Source: an uncultured Nitrososphaeraceae archaeon (GTDB taxonomy: Archaea; Thermoproteota; Nitrososphaeria; Nitrososphaerales; Nitrososphaeraceae). From it: 64,000 nt of DNA. This document shows, piece by piece, positions 10,777-21,346 of this stretch. The notes beneath the pieces were generated by a model. It worked only from the letters and a program-made list of their open reading frames with translations, did not search any database and was not told where the DNA came from. Every line of letters begins with the position of its first letter. Position 1 is the first letter of the stretch. The position numbers and the translations under genes are program-made. The DNA is taken from contig CAVSMN010000009.1 of the NCBI GenBank assembly GCA_963729045.1, forward strand, positions 64,001 to 128,000, in the 5' to 3' direction.

Positions 10777-11358
10777 TTATGCTCGTGCATCAATGGTAAA
10801 TAAATCAGAATATATAGGACCATCTGCTGTGAGGATGCTTTGCTTTAATTTAATTTGGTATATTTCATCTGTAAATGGATCAAATTGAAAAACAGGATCA
10901 AAAGATATACGACTCTTAAAATGTCGATTTATACGAAAAATTGTAAGATGAGGGACATATACAGATTTTTCTTCACTAAAATCATTTTGTGTTTCCTTCC
11001 CGTAGCCGATATCTTTTTCCAGCAATTTTGAAATTGCATCATAAAGGTCATTTAATTTTTTAGAACTTTGATTATCCAGCCCTAACCAGATAACACTAGG
11101 ATTAGAGTTTTTTGGAAAACACCCTACGTTAGTGAATCTAATCTCAAATGGATCAAAATCTAAACTTTTCAAATTGGATATAATTTCTTTTACTTCAAAA
11201 TCGGTCTTTTCCCCCAAAAACATTATTGTCAAGTGAAGATTATACTTGTTGATGAGTCTAACATGATGTGGAACAAATTCATATTGTTTCATAATTTGAT
11301 TCTGAATATTGATTATTTTCTCAACCTTTGGAATATCTATTGCCACAAATATACGCAT
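10777..11358 (-). CDS. thpR: RNA 2',3'-cyclic phosphodiesterase (2H family, LigT/ThpR)
   Basis: MRIFVAID N-terminus, two HxT motifs (HLTI, PHLTI), GPIY C-terminus. Confidence 0.92.
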   Translation of the reverse strand: MRIFVAIDIPKVEKIINIQNQIMKQYEFVPHHVRLINKYNLHLTIMFLGEKTDFEVKEIISNLKSLDFDPFEIRFTNVGCFPKNSNPSVIWLGLDNQSSKKLNDLYDAISKLLEKDIGYGKETQNDFSEEKSVYVPHLTIFRINRHFKSRISFDPVFQFDPFTDEIYQIKLKQSILTADGPIYSDLFTIDARA

Positions 11359-11456
11359 GAATACAATCAGATGAAGTTCTAACTATATTAATTCTCAATA
11401 ATCAAAGTAATCAAAAAACAAATATTGATAGAATGTTCACAAGATTAGATTAGAGG

Positions 11457-12056
11457 TTGTCGGTTCTAGACCAATTCATAATTTGCTTAACGGGAATGCC
11501 TGGTGCAGGAAAATCGACGGTTGCTACTTTCCTCAAAAGTAAAGGATTTCATCTAATAACTATGGGAGACATAATAAGGGAAAAAGCGGTTGAAAACAAC
11601 TTGCCGATGGATGACAAAAGTCTTGGCGATTTGATGAAAAATTTAAGAAAGCATCACGGAAATGAAGTTGTTGCAAGGTTAGTGATGGAGAAGATTAAAG
11701 AATTGGAAAATGTTAGTCTTATTGTAGTAGATGGAATTAGAAGTTATGAAGAGTATATGGTATTAAAAAACATAGGTTTTGTAAAGTTATTGGCCATTCA
11801 TGCATCATCAATTATTAGATATAACCATATAAAATTACGAGACAGGTCTGATACACCATCAAATCATGAAAAGTTTTTACAAAGAGATGAACGTGAGATG
11901 AGTGTAGGTATAAGCAAAGCAATAGCTCTGGCGGACGAATCGATTTCAAATAATGATCTATCTTTAATCGAGCTTAAGAATCACGTAGAAGTAATTATTA
12001 AGAAGTGGTCAGATGAGTATAATAACCGGAAGCAAAAAACTTTTCTTACCATATAG
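11457..12056 (+). CDS. P-loop kinase, UPF0200/dephospho-CoA-kinase-like
   Basis: LTGMPGAGKS, MGDIIRE, VVDGIRS, RDERE. Confidence 0.88.
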   Translation: MSVLDQFIICLTGMPGAGKSTVATFLKSKGFHLITMGDIIREKAVENNLPMDDKSLGDLMKNLRKHHGNEVVARLVMEKIKELENVSLIVVDGIRSYEEYMVLKNIGFVKLLAIHASSIIRYNHIKLRDRSDTPSNHEKFLQRDEREMSVGISKAIALADESISNNDLSLIELKNHVEVIIKKWSDEYNNRKQKTFLTI

Positions 12057-12063
12057 AACAAAA

Positions 12064-12450
12064 ATGGAACTTGAAAGTATAGAAGTTATTGTTATAACTC
12101 CAATTAATTTGACTGAAGACATACAAAAAGTGGTTTTTGCTGTCAAAAACCTATTACCAGATTCAGAACTAGCAATAAGAAAGAATAATTTGTATACCAA
12201 GATGAATAATTTTGATGGTTTGAGAAAAATAAAAGACAAGATAAGGTCAAAAAAAACATTGGCTGTTTTACAGAGAATTCTGTATAACAATTACAATATG
12301 CAAAGTACTTGGTTTTTACTAAATAAACAGGCTGCATTTTCTGACGTAGTGGTATTAGTAGAAAACGAAAATGAATCCCCATTGGGACCCATAAAAATAA
12401 CTTTGAACGGCTGCGAATTAGAAAGAATTAATGAATGGTTTGAGAAATAG
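12064..12450 (+). CDS. UPF0201/DUF54 putative RNA-binding protein
   Basis: TED..KV, LNKQAA, ESPLGPI motifs; lies next to the UPF0200 kinase as commonly seen in archaea. Confidence 0.85.
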   Translation: MELESIEVIVITPINLTEDIQKVVFAVKNLLPDSELAIRKNNLYTKMNNFDGLRKIKDKIRSKKTLAVLQRILYNNYNMQSTWFLLNKQAAFSDVVVLVENENESPLGPIKITLNGCELERINEWFEK

Positions 12451-12467
12451 AGGAATAAATAAAACAC

Positions 12468-13364
12468 TCACTCTGCTGAAAGGTCCCAGTAATTAGCATC
12501 TTTAAATTCGATTTTGGGTTTTCCAAGAGATTTCCACTCCTTAAATGATTTTGGATATAGCTTCACGTTTGAAATTCCAGCGGTCTTTAAGGCAAAAAAG
12601 GCTAATCCTGACAACGTTCCGACGCTTCCACAGTAAGTAATTATCTCATTGTTTAAGTCAATACCCCTATTTTCCATGAATCGTTTAAGTTCAGAAGGAT
12701 TTCTTAAAATGGAATTTTCCGAGCGCAACATGGTGTATGGAATATTCTTTGAATTAGGAATATGTTCTGTTAAGAAATTCAATCTTTCTCGAGAATCAAT
12801 TATGATCTTATTTTTATCATTTTGAGCATTTTCTATATATTCAGCATCTGCAAATATGGAATAGTCGATATCAATAGAATGTGAAACTTTAGAATATTTA
12901 TTAGATTTTCTTTCAATTTCTAAACCTAATTTTTTCCAATTATCATAGGTAACTTCCAATAATGCAACATTTCTGTGCCCAACAAACTTAAATGACCACG
13001 CTACCCTTGACGCTAGTGCACCAAATGTATCATCATAAATGACTACAGAAGTATCATTTGATATACCAAGGTTATTCAAAATATTAATTATAGACTCTGG
13101 GTCATCGTTGGATAATAATTCAGCCAATGGTAAAGAAACGGCCGTCTTTATATGACCTTTCAAATATTCGTCTCTTTTTCTGACATCCACAACTCTAACT
13201 TTATTTTTTTTTATTAGGGTTCTTAGAGTATCAATATCACATACAAGATTCAAAGAAGGTGTTGATGGAGGTTTTGCTTTTACACGTTTATTTACTATCT
13301 TTGCCTTTACCTTTACTTTGACATCATTTTTCTTTCGCTTTATGGATTTGCTCAAGCAGCACAT
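12468..13364 (-). CDS. Tandem-domain rhodanese/thiosulfate sulfurtransferase
   Basis: VVDVR..EY..GHI..A, VVIYDD, IIDSRE...EHIP, ITYCGSVG. The exact start is uncertain. Confidence 0.9.
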   Translation of the reverse strand: MCCLSKSIKRKKNDVKVKVKAKIVNKRVKAKPPSTPSLNLVCDIDTLRTLIKKNKVRVVDVRKRDEYLKGHIKTAVSLPLAELLSNDDPESIINILNNLGISNDTSVVIYDDTFGALASRVAWSFKFVGHRNVALLEVTYDNWKKLGLEIERKSNKYSKVSHSIDIDYSIFADAEYIENAQNDKNKIIIDSRERLNFLTEHIPNSKNIPYTMLRSENSILRNPSELKRFMENRGIDLNNEIITYCGSVGTLSGLAFFALKTAGISNVKLYPKSFKEWKSLGKPKIEFKDANYWDLSAE

Positions 13365-15196
13365 TCGCCTCTAGCAGTTTTTGCGACAAAATTGGTATCG
13401 GTTCCATAATCTTTGTAAAAATCAGGGGCGGCGGAAAATGCAGGTAATTCAATTATAGGTAAAAGTAGCTTCTTCATGTCATCTACATTCTTAATTTCGC
13501 CAGCTCCATTTCCATTTGAAATTTTGTAAATCCATTCATTTAATTTTTCATTACCTGTCCTTTCTTTCTTGAAATGTTCAAATATTTTGAGAACTACATC
13601 CAGCACCTTTTTAGCTGGAACACGCATTATTGCCTTGCCCAGTTCGCCATTTTCGCCAGTACTACCCGCAAAAAGCATTGTATAGATTGGAACCATGGAT
13701 GTTCCAATCCTAGTAGCACCACCATAGAAACCGATAGTTGCGACTTCATGCTGTCCACAAGAATTAGGACATCCACTAATTTTGATAGTAGAATCAACAA
13801 AGTCTTTATCTAAATCAATATTTAATTCCAAAAATTTACTTTGGATTTCTTTTGCAAGCCTATGAGAATTAGTAATAGCTAGATTACATGATGTAGTTCC
13901 GGAACAACCTACAGTAGATACAATTGTATTTGCACCAGGATTTCCTAGTCCATTGCCAGATAGTTTTTGGAAAACCTTTGGTAATTGATCTGCTTTTATA
14001 TATCGGACAAGAAAGTTTTGCTGAGGAGTAGTTCGGGCTTTTTTTTCTAACGAAAATTCCCGGATACATTCTGCAAAAATCCGTAACTGACTAGAGGTGA
14101 TATCGCCTGCACCTAAGGTTATATACACACTGTAATAACCAGACTGTTTCTGAGCAACAACATTGGTATTTAGCCATCGAGTGTATGGCGTGTCTGCAGA
14201 ATTGGAATTTATTACTGGTAATTTAATTTTACTCTTCGTAGAGATAGAGGAAATTGAAGTATTATTCAAATCTCCAGTATTCAAAAAACCATCGTATGAT
14301 TTTCTTGTGGGTATAGAAATTGTTGCTTCAACCAGGATTCGTTCCTTCAATAATAAGCCCTGAAATTTTTCCCATCCGATTTCGCTGACCAAATAACGCA
14401 TTCTATTTCTTGCAAGATTTTCTCTATTTCCTAGTCGGTCATAAAGTCGAATTGTAGCTATAGAAGTAGATAAAAGCCTAGATTCTGGAGTAAACTCCTC
14501 TAATAAATGGCCTATAAACGAGGCAGCGCCTAAACCACCTCCCAAGTAGATCCGGAAGCCCCTTACTCCATCACGGACTGTAGGAACGAGGCCCACGTCG
14601 GCTATCCTTACATAACCATGTTCTGGACAACATGAAAAATTAAATTTAAATTTTCTGGGAAGATTCTGACAAATAGGATTTCTTAGAAAAAACCTCGCTA
14701 TTGCTTTAGCGTAAGGAGTAGTATCAAATGGTTCATTAGGACATACTCCTGCAAAATGACTGCACATTACATTTCTAATGGTATTACCGCAAGCCTCCCT
14801 AGAAGTAAGTCCTACTTCAGCTAAACCGCGAAATACTTCACTTACATCTTCCAATTGCACCCAGTGCAATTGAATATTTTGTCTGGTAGATACATGAGCA
14901 GATCCGATTGAGAATGATTCTGATAGACTGGCAATCTTTTCAAGCTGGGTAGGCGTGATATCACCACCTGGAACCTTTATTCTTATCATACTAAATTCAC
15001 TATTTAATCTAGAGCCATACGCACCGTTTTGAAGTCTAAAACGCCTAAATTCATCTGCATTCAATTTATCTTGACGATATAGTTTTACCTTATTAGCAAA
15101 ATATTCAGATTCTTCTGCTAAACCCCATTTTTCATTAGTCTCAAGTTCTTTATTTTTCGCTGAAGAAAGAACATCATAATCAATAGATTTTGCCAA
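13352..15196 (-). CDS. Ferredoxin-dependent sulfite/nitrite reductase (siroheme, 4Fe-4S)
   Basis: FRLQNGAY, STRQNIQLH, LPRKFK, GCSGTTSCNLA, KISGCPNSCGQH. Confidence 0.92.
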   Translation of the reverse strand: MAKSIDYDVLSSAKNKELETNEKWGLAEESEYFANKVKLYRQDKLNADEFRRFRLQNGAYGSRLNSEFSMIRIKVPGGDITPTQLEKIASLSESFSIGSAHVSTRQNIQLHWVQLEDVSEVFRGLAEVGLTSREACGNTIRNVMCSHFAGVCPNEPFDTTPYAKAIARFFLRNPICQNLPRKFKFNFSCCPEHGYVRIADVGLVPTVRDGVRGFRIYLGGGLGAASFIGHLLEEFTPESRLLSTSIATIRLYDRLGNRENLARNRMRYLVSEIGWEKFQGLLLKERILVEATISIPTRKSYDGFLNTGDLNNTSISSISTKSKIKLPVINSNSADTPYTRWLNTNVVAQKQSGYYSVYITLGAGDITSSQLRIFAECIREFSLEKKARTTPQQNFLVRYIKADQLPKVFQKLSGNGLGNPGANTIVSTVGCSGTTSCNLAITNSHRLAKEIQSKFLELNIDLDKDFVDSTIKISGCPNSCGQHEVATIGFYGGATRIGTSMVPIYTMLFAGSTGENGELGKAIMRVPAKKVLDVVLKIFEHFKKERTGNEKLNEWIYKISNGNGAGEIKNVDDMKKLLLPIIELPAFSAAPDFYKDYGTDTNFVAKTARGECAA

Positions 15197-15337
15197 TGTT
15201 AATTATATTGTGTTTAACAAACCTTATATTTTTTATGGAATATGCTTATTTGACATATATTGAGCAATTTTCGGAATCATTTACTAATTCAAATTTAGAA
15301 AAACTTATAGTTACAATTAAAAAACCTATATTAAGGT

Positions 15338-15465
15338 GGGGTCGTAGCGAAGCCAGGCATCGCAACGGGCTCCAGATCAAATAATGGGCAATTATTGAAG
15401 AAACCCGTGGATCAGGGGTTCAAATAATATAAGTACATATATTAGAACAATTCCCTTCGGCCCCA
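15338..15465 (+). tRNA. tRNA-Trp(CCA) with two introns (37/38 at ~15376-15402; 58/59 at ~15424-15450)
   Basis: Acceptor stem GGGGTCG/CGGCCCC-A, anticodon stem ACGGG/CCCGT with loop CT-CCA-G, T-stem AGGGG/CCCTT. Both inserts form hairpins with BHB-like junctions. Confidence 0.88.
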
Positions 15466-15703
15466 TCTCCCCTCAATCATTCTTGAGTTTACACAATGAC
15501 AATTAGACTAGACATTTAATGGATTAGAAGGAATAAAGGGTTGTAACATAATTATCAAAAATTAGCAGTAATAAATTATTGCACATATATACACATTATG
15601 ATTAAATGGATAGAATCATGCGGTCCAATTAACAAAGAGTGAAAAATTTGAGTATTAACCAATATAAACTCGAAAAGATGATTATTAATAAAATTTTGGA
15701 AAA

Positions 15704-16021
15704 TTATTTGTTCTTCTTGAAGCTAAAATAACAAGAATGACATCGATCTTTACCATAAATAACGCCAGAGTTACCACATTCAGAGCATTTTTTCTCATTA
15801 TCAACAGTGGAATCCAAGGATTTTATCTTTTGAATACATTTGTCACACAACGGAGCATCCAAATTATGACTAGATATGAAGACGTCTCCACATTGTGAAC
15901 ATCTGAAACTATAAATTTTTCCTCTAGGTTTCCATTTCCTGAATGGATTAGAGGTGAAAGTATATAGTATTTTTCTAAATGGATTGGCCATAAGGTATAT
16001 AGTATTTATGCAATCAGACAT
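15704..16021 (-). CDS. Small hypothetical protein with four CxxC motifs (double zinc finger)
   Basis: CSQC, CDKC, CSEC, CHSC. Confidence 0.65.
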   Translation of the reverse strand: MSDCINTIYLMANPFRKILYTFTSNPFRKWKPRGKIYSFRCSQCGDVFISSHNLDAPLCDKCIQKIKSLDSTVDNEKKCSECGNSGVIYGKDRCHSCYFSFKKNK

Positions 16022-16079
16022 TTTAGTTTAATGGCATAGGAAATTCAAGAAAGGATAATACGACAACCAAAACAGAGAA

Positions 16080-16349
16080 CTATAAGCTTCTATATAGTTG
16101 TCTATTCCCTATTCGGATAAAAAAAACTCCTGAGGAAATCAATATCAAAGAAATAAATAAAAATAAGGGATTTATCAATTGTCTAAGATATTCAGGTGCA
16201 CTTGAAAGATAATTGCAATGCTCCTCACAAATCTTTGTAACTGGAAACAGTAGTAAAATCAATCCAAATAAAATCAACATGATGACTCCAACTGTAGAGA
16301 TCAAAGCACCTAGTTTAATCATACGACGATATCTCAATGAAGTACCCAT
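16080..16349 (-). CDS. Small two-TM membrane protein
   Basis: Two hydrophobic segments flank a CxxxC loop. Confidence 0.55.
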   Translation of the reverse strand: MGTSLRYRRMIKLGALISTVGVIMLILFGLILLLFPVTKICEEHCNYLSSAPEYLRQLINPLFLFISLILISSGVFFIRIGNRQLYRSL

Positions 16350-16369
16350 CCAACAATCTTACCTTAATA

Positions 16370-17008
16370 CTAATATTCAAGTTTGGATGCATCTATAGTA
16401 ACGTATCTGTATTCACCATTTTTTGAGACCCTATTGAATTGTTTGTTATAATATAAAAAAGGAACATTGTCTTTCGTGTGAAGGTCCCAAATCTTATGTA
16501 CTTGATCGAAATACACTTTTCTTTTTTTCATTTTGCGTCTGATTATTTCATGACATAATATATGAGATATTTTTGCACAATTATTATCAGCAAAAAACTT
16601 TTCATTTTTGAAATCTGAAGAAAAAACTTTGGGTCTCAACCAAGCGGCTTGTCCAAAATTCTCACCGTGATATGCATCCATACGACAATCCGACCATAAA
16701 GGTCCAAAATAAGTGAGATAGAAATGAAATATGGAGAAACCTCTTTCTCGATGATCCCTTAATAGATATGCGAGATTGATCCTATCGAATAATCTTCCAG
16801 GAATTACTGGTAAGATATCCACCTCTACAGACAAATCTTCTTTAAATTCACGTTTAATCCACCACTGAAAAAATCGCACCATCGAAGAAACATAACCCCA
16901 ATCTTCTTGATATCGTTTCTTCCATTCTTCATTTTTTGATACATAAATAAAAAAAAGCTTATCTTGCAATAATAACCACACATCATACATCAATAAAATT
17001 TTTGACAC
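16370..17008 (-). CDS. Hypothetical protein
   Basis: 212-aa ORF, aromatic-rich, contains HILCHEII; no function assigned. Confidence 0.75.
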   Translation of the reverse strand: MSKILLMYDVWLLLQDKLFFIYVSKNEEWKKRYQEDWGYVSSMVRFFQWWIKREFKEDLSVEVDILPVIPGRLFDRINLAYLLRDHRERGFSIFHFYLTYFGPLWSDCRMDAYHGENFGQAAWLRPKVFSSDFKNEKFFADNNCAKISHILCHEIIRRKMKKRKVYFDQVHKIWDLHTKDNVPFLYYNKQFNRVSKNGEYRYVTIDASKLEY

Positions 17009-17078
17009 ATTAAAAGTCTATTAAAAACACATTCGCATACAAAAAGTTCATAATTTAGGAGCAATATAGACAAACTAG

Positions 17079-17495
17079 ATGTCGTTTAGAAAATTAGGTG
17101 CTGTAATACTTTTAGTTTCAGATATGAATAAATCTGTTCAGTTCTATAGAGAAACTCTAAATTTGCCATTAAAGAAAGAATCTGACGAATGGACAGAATT
17201 TTTCAATAAGGAAACAGTATTAGCATTGCATCCGATTAAACACAAAGAGCATCCGAAGCAGCTGAAATCGGGCCAACATATTCTGCTTGGTTTTTCTGCA
17301 AGTGATTTTGATAACACAATAAACAAACTAAAAGAGAAAGGTGTAGTTTTTTTTAAAAATCCTAAGGAAGAAGTTTTTGGACAGCATGCAATAATAGAAG
17401 ATCCAGATGGTCATCTGATTTCAATTGTAAAATTAACAGGCAACCAAAATGAAGAGGAAGGATTTGATTTTTTGGGGTTAGTTGGTGCAGAATAG
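17079..17495 (+). CDS. VOC/glyoxalase family protein
   Basis: LLVSDMNKSVQFY, LKEKGV, EDPDGHLI. Confidence 0.9.
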   Translation: MSFRKLGAVILLVSDMNKSVQFYRETLNLPLKKESDEWTEFFNKETVLALHPIKHKEHPKQLKSGQHILLGFSASDFDNTINKLKEKGVVFFKNPKEEVFGQHAIIEDPDGHLISIVKLTGNQNEEEGFDFLGLVGAE

Positions 17496-17667
17496 ATAAA
17501 TCATCATTTTTTATATAAACAAATAACGATACAAGGTAACAATTCGTATATAGCAAAATCATATTAGATCAAAATACAATATCAAATATCATACAAAACT
17601 CATAGGCTATAGTAATCAACGTATCAAAGGATTTTGAAAAAAAAGAAGGCGCCATTAATGGATTGAA

Positions 17668-19167
17668 TTATGGGACTTTTTTACCCGGATTTAGTAAATT
17701 TAGTGGATCAAATGACTTTTTGAGATAACTAAAATAAGAATAAACGAAATTATTGTATACATTCTTTATGAAAGGAGTCCTAGATATTCCATCACCGTGT
17801 TCTGCAGTGATAGTTCCACGATATTCAAATATTTTTTTAAAAGTCTCATAAGTAATATTTTGTAGAAGCCTCGCTTGTTTGGAATGATCCTTGGAATTAT
17901 TATGATTATCTAAAATGGGACGCGTATGGAGGTTTCCATTACCTACATGACCGTATATGACATACGGAAGATCATATTTGTTATAAAGTGATAAAAGATA
18001 AATAACATATTCATAAAGATGATCGATTGAAACCGCAGTATCCTCAATTATAGTAAATGGTTTTCTGTTTCCCACGGTATTCTTTATAGCCATGTTCAAT
18101 GCATTTTTCCTTGAGTGCCATAATTTATTTATTGAAACTATGTCATGAGCATGTTCTACGATCTTGCCGTCAGGATATATTCTCCTTTTTAGTAAATTGT
18201 GTATGTTAGATATCTTGTCCTGAAATTGATAAAAATATTCTACAAATAGCAAGCAACCATTCTCATTTAACGTATTCAATTTAATTGAAGAATCCATAAC
18301 GGAATAATCCAAAAGTTCAACAGCGACAGGCACAGTGGAGAGAATTTTCTTGGTATATAAACAAGCAGACAAGACATCAGAAAAATACACTAAGAAGAGA
18401 GATCTGAAAAGAGGTAGATCCAAGACCTTTATTCTAAGAGAATTAAAGATTGATAATGTTCCTTCTGAAGCTGCAAAAATATTTTGAGGTTTAAATTCGG
18501 GAGTAAAAATAGAATCTAATCTATAACCACAGGAATTCTTACTGACATCAGGATAAAATGAAGCCAATTTATTTTGAATAGAAATTAGAGGAGATAGAAT
18601 TTTTTTTAATCTACTGTCACAAATACCATTTTCAGCAAAACCTTCCTCTCCGTCTGAATAGATAATGTCAACATGATCCAAATATCTAAGGATACTCCCG
18701 TATCCTAAACCATGTGGTCCAGAAGAATTATTGGAAACCATCCCTCCAATGGTGCAATAATTACTACTTGCAGGATCAGGTGGTAGAAACTTGTTTTGTT
18801 TTTTTAATTCTTTATCCAAGATACCCTTAACTACACCAGGCTGAACGCTTACAGTGCCCGACTGGATATCCAAATCAAGAATCTTGTTCATGTATTTAGT
18901 AAAATCCAAAATCAATCCATTAGATAGGCTTTGACCAAGTAAACTTGTGCCTGCACCACGACAAGTAACAGACAAGCCATTTTTGCTAGCATAATTCAAA
19001 GACGTTACTATATCCGCTTTATCTTTAGGGAAACAAACTAATTCGGGGTAAATTTGATGATAGCTTGAATCTACAGAATAATAATCTCTAATCCAGGATT
19101 CATTAGAAATATCACCGCTGTAGGAAAGCTTTAGTTCATCATATACATCCATTGAATAATTAAACAC
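17668..19167 (-). CDS. FAD-linked oxidoreductase (GlcD/D-lactate dehydrogenase family)
   Basis: RGAGTSLLGQ, PPDPAS..CTIGGM, SEGTL, GHVGNGNLH, TAEHGDG, FDPLNLLNPGK. Confidence 0.92.
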   Translation of the reverse strand: MFNYSMDVYDELKLSYSGDISNESWIRDYYSVDSSYHQIYPELVCFPKDKADIVTSLNYASKNGLSVTCRGAGTSLLGQSLSNGLILDFTKYMNKILDLDIQSGTVSVQPGVVKGILDKELKKQNKFLPPDPASSNYCTIGGMVSNNSSGPHGLGYGSILRYLDHVDIIYSDGEEGFAENGICDSRLKKILSPLISIQNKLASFYPDVSKNSCGYRLDSIFTPEFKPQNIFAASEGTLSIFNSLRIKVLDLPLFRSLFLVYFSDVLSACLYTKKILSTVPVAVELLDYSVMDSSIKLNTLNENGCLLFVEYFYQFQDKISNIHNLLKRRIYPDGKIVEHAHDIVSINKLWHSRKNALNMAIKNTVGNRKPFTIIEDTAVSIDHLYEYVIYLLSLYNKYDLPYVIYGHVGNGNLHTRPILDNHNNSKDHSKQARLLQNITYETFKKIFEYRGTITAEHGDGISRTPFIKNVYNNFVYSYFSYLKKSFDPLNLLNPGKKVP

Positions 19168-19490
19168 CTACATACAATATAATATTTTTAGTGTATGAAG
19201 AAAAAAGGATTAACTTCATGAAAATCTTTAATTTTTTTATCTCGATATAATAACCTTACTGGTTTTTGATCAATAGAAGGAAAAGAAAAAAGTAGGTGAA
19301 CAATGACATTAAAGAGGTATTTAAGTGAATATAAAACATTATAGAAATGGTTACCAAAGACCAATGATTGGTATAAAGATGACAGTAAAACAAATATCAA
19401 TATCCATAAAAATTTGATCTGTTGTTCATAGTTAGTCAGTAAGATTTTGCAGCATGGTATACCATATTTATATCTGATATTTCAATCATA

Positions 19491-19910
19491 GTGATTGTAA
19501 TGAAAGTAAAATACGGGTTTCTCGGGATACTAATCATAACTTTGATACTTACTTCTACTAATCCAGGAGTTTTTGTAGGACTAGAATGGGTTTGGGCTAG
19601 TAATACGGTTATTTCAACAGTTGATGTTGGAGATGGTCCGTCTGCTCTGGCGTTTAACCCAAGCAATAATAACATCTATGTGACCAACCCAGTGTCAGAT
19701 GATGTCTCTGTTATCCAAACAAATAGCTCCAAACCTATTGTTGATGGAATATCCGATCAATCCATAAGCATTAGCAATTTGGTTTGATCGTATGGAAACA
19801 ATATGTAGACTACGATGATTCTTCTATAGCATATCAATAGACATGTATTAATTTATCCTAATATTATGGACGACCCGATGTCAGGAGTAATTACTCTCAT
19901 TACAGTAAAC
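19491..19910 (+). pseudogene. Degraded YVTN beta-propeller/PKD surface protein remnant
   Basis: Signal peptide plus one YVTN repeat (VGDGPSALAFNPSNNNIYVTN..SDDVSVI), then a PKD-like start (PIVDGISDQSI) followed by several stops. Confidence 0.6.
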
Positions 19911-20241
19911 CTAAGTAGAAATAAATTGCATGTTAAACTAATTGTAATATATAAACAAGAAATAGAACATGAACTGGATGAGGTGTTATAAAAATAACTC
20001 CAAGAATTATTCAACCGCAACCATCCGAAAGCTTCACAGGTTTAGGAAATAACATACATGTGTAAGGTAAGTTTAGTAATTGAAACATTGCACTATCAAA
20101 ATATGAAGATCGCAAGGATATTTTATTCATATATATTCATTCATTGACAATCATCAATTAAGATAACAGAGTCGAGTCCTAGAAAATTATCAAGAATAAA
20201 ATAATTATTTTCGTCTTATTTGATCAAAATAAAAATGAAAA

Positions 20242-21135
20242 CTATTTTGTAATTATATGACTCAGATTCTCCAATATAAAGATTGTATGTTCTGCCTGAG
20301 ATACAACTTTGTTATTACCCTCAACAAGAATAGGATAGGATCTAATATTTTTCTTCTTAATAAGATAGTCTAACATTTCACGAGCTTTAGATTCAGTGAA
20401 ATCATTTACTAGCCAACGTAACGCAAATGGAAGTGTTTTAAACCTATTCCATAGATATATGATGAATTCATCCGTGTCCTTATTTTTAGTAGGTTTTCTT
20501 GATACTAGTGAAAAAATATTTCTGGTCTTACCCTCATAAACTATGCCTAGTCCATCTTTAGTTGTTACAAATGGTTCTATTGCGTAGGCCTGATTAGGCA
20601 TTAGTGAAAATGAAGGTCCATAAGTCTTAATGTTAGGGATAGATTTTCCGGCATGTATGACATACTGTTCTAAAGAATGTCCACTAAGATTTTGAATCGG
20701 TTTTAGACCATTGTAGGTTATGGTATTCTCAATTGTTTTTCCAATATCACTTGATTTAGTAGCACGCTTTGCAATCTTGGTAGCTTCATATAATGACAAT
20801 TCTGCTATTTTTATTAATTGATCATATTTTGAATCATATGAAACAGTAACTGCGGTATCTGCAACGTAACCATCTATATGTACGCCTAAATCAATTTTAA
20901 CAACGTCAGTATCCTTTATCACAATTTGATCGTCTGGTTCAGCAGTATAATGAGCAGCTATCTCATTCAAACTAATATTAACAGGAAAAGCAGGTTGACC
21001 ACCTCGCTCATTTATTTCACTCTCGATAGAATCACATATTTCATAAAGTGTCCTACCGACATGATTTTTTTTCCTAGCGTTTTCTCTAACTTGAGCAGCT
21101 ATTCGACCTGCACGAATATAATTATCTAGAGACAT
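20242..21135 (-). CDS. map: Methionine aminopeptidase type II
   Basis: AFPVNIS..EIAAHY, KIDLGVHIDGYVADTA, NLSGH, AIEPF, QAEHT. Confidence 0.96.
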   Translation of the reverse strand: MSLDNYIRAGRIAAQVRENARKKNHVGRTLYEICDSIESEINERGGQPAFPVNISLNEIAAHYTAEPDDQIVIKDTDVVKIDLGVHIDGYVADTAVTVSYDSKYDQLIKIAELSLYEATKIAKRATKSSDIGKTIENTITYNGLKPIQNLSGHSLEQYVIHAGKSIPNIKTYGPSFSLMPNQAYAIEPFVTTKDGLGIVYEGKTRNIFSLVSRKPTKNKDTDEFIIYLWNRFKTLPFALRWLVNDFTESKAREMLDYLIKKKNIRSYPILVEGNNKVVSQAEHTIFILENLSHIITK

Positions 21136-21237
21136 GAATTAGAGATAATAACCCCCCACAATATAACAATAATGCAAATAATGATTTATATTAATTGAAA
21201 TAAGATTAAAATTAGACAAAAAATTTCTCATTAGAAA

Positions 21238-21311
21238 GGGATCGTAGTCTAGCTTGGTAGGATGCCAGCCTTGGGCGCTGGAGGTCGTCGGTTCAAATCC
21301 GGCCGGTCCCA
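21238..21311 (+). tRNA. tRNA-Pro(TGG), no intron
   Basis: Acceptor GGGATCG/CGGTCCC-A, anticodon arm CCAGC-CTTGGGC-GCTGG, T loop GTTCAAATC. Confidence 0.95.
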
Positions 21312-21346
21312 TTATTAATTAATAGCCAAAAACAAAAAGAAAAAAA

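Noticed and set aside
15190..15384. 64-aa ORF
   Set aside because: It overlaps the tRNA-Trp gene and the divergent promoter region and has no protein features.
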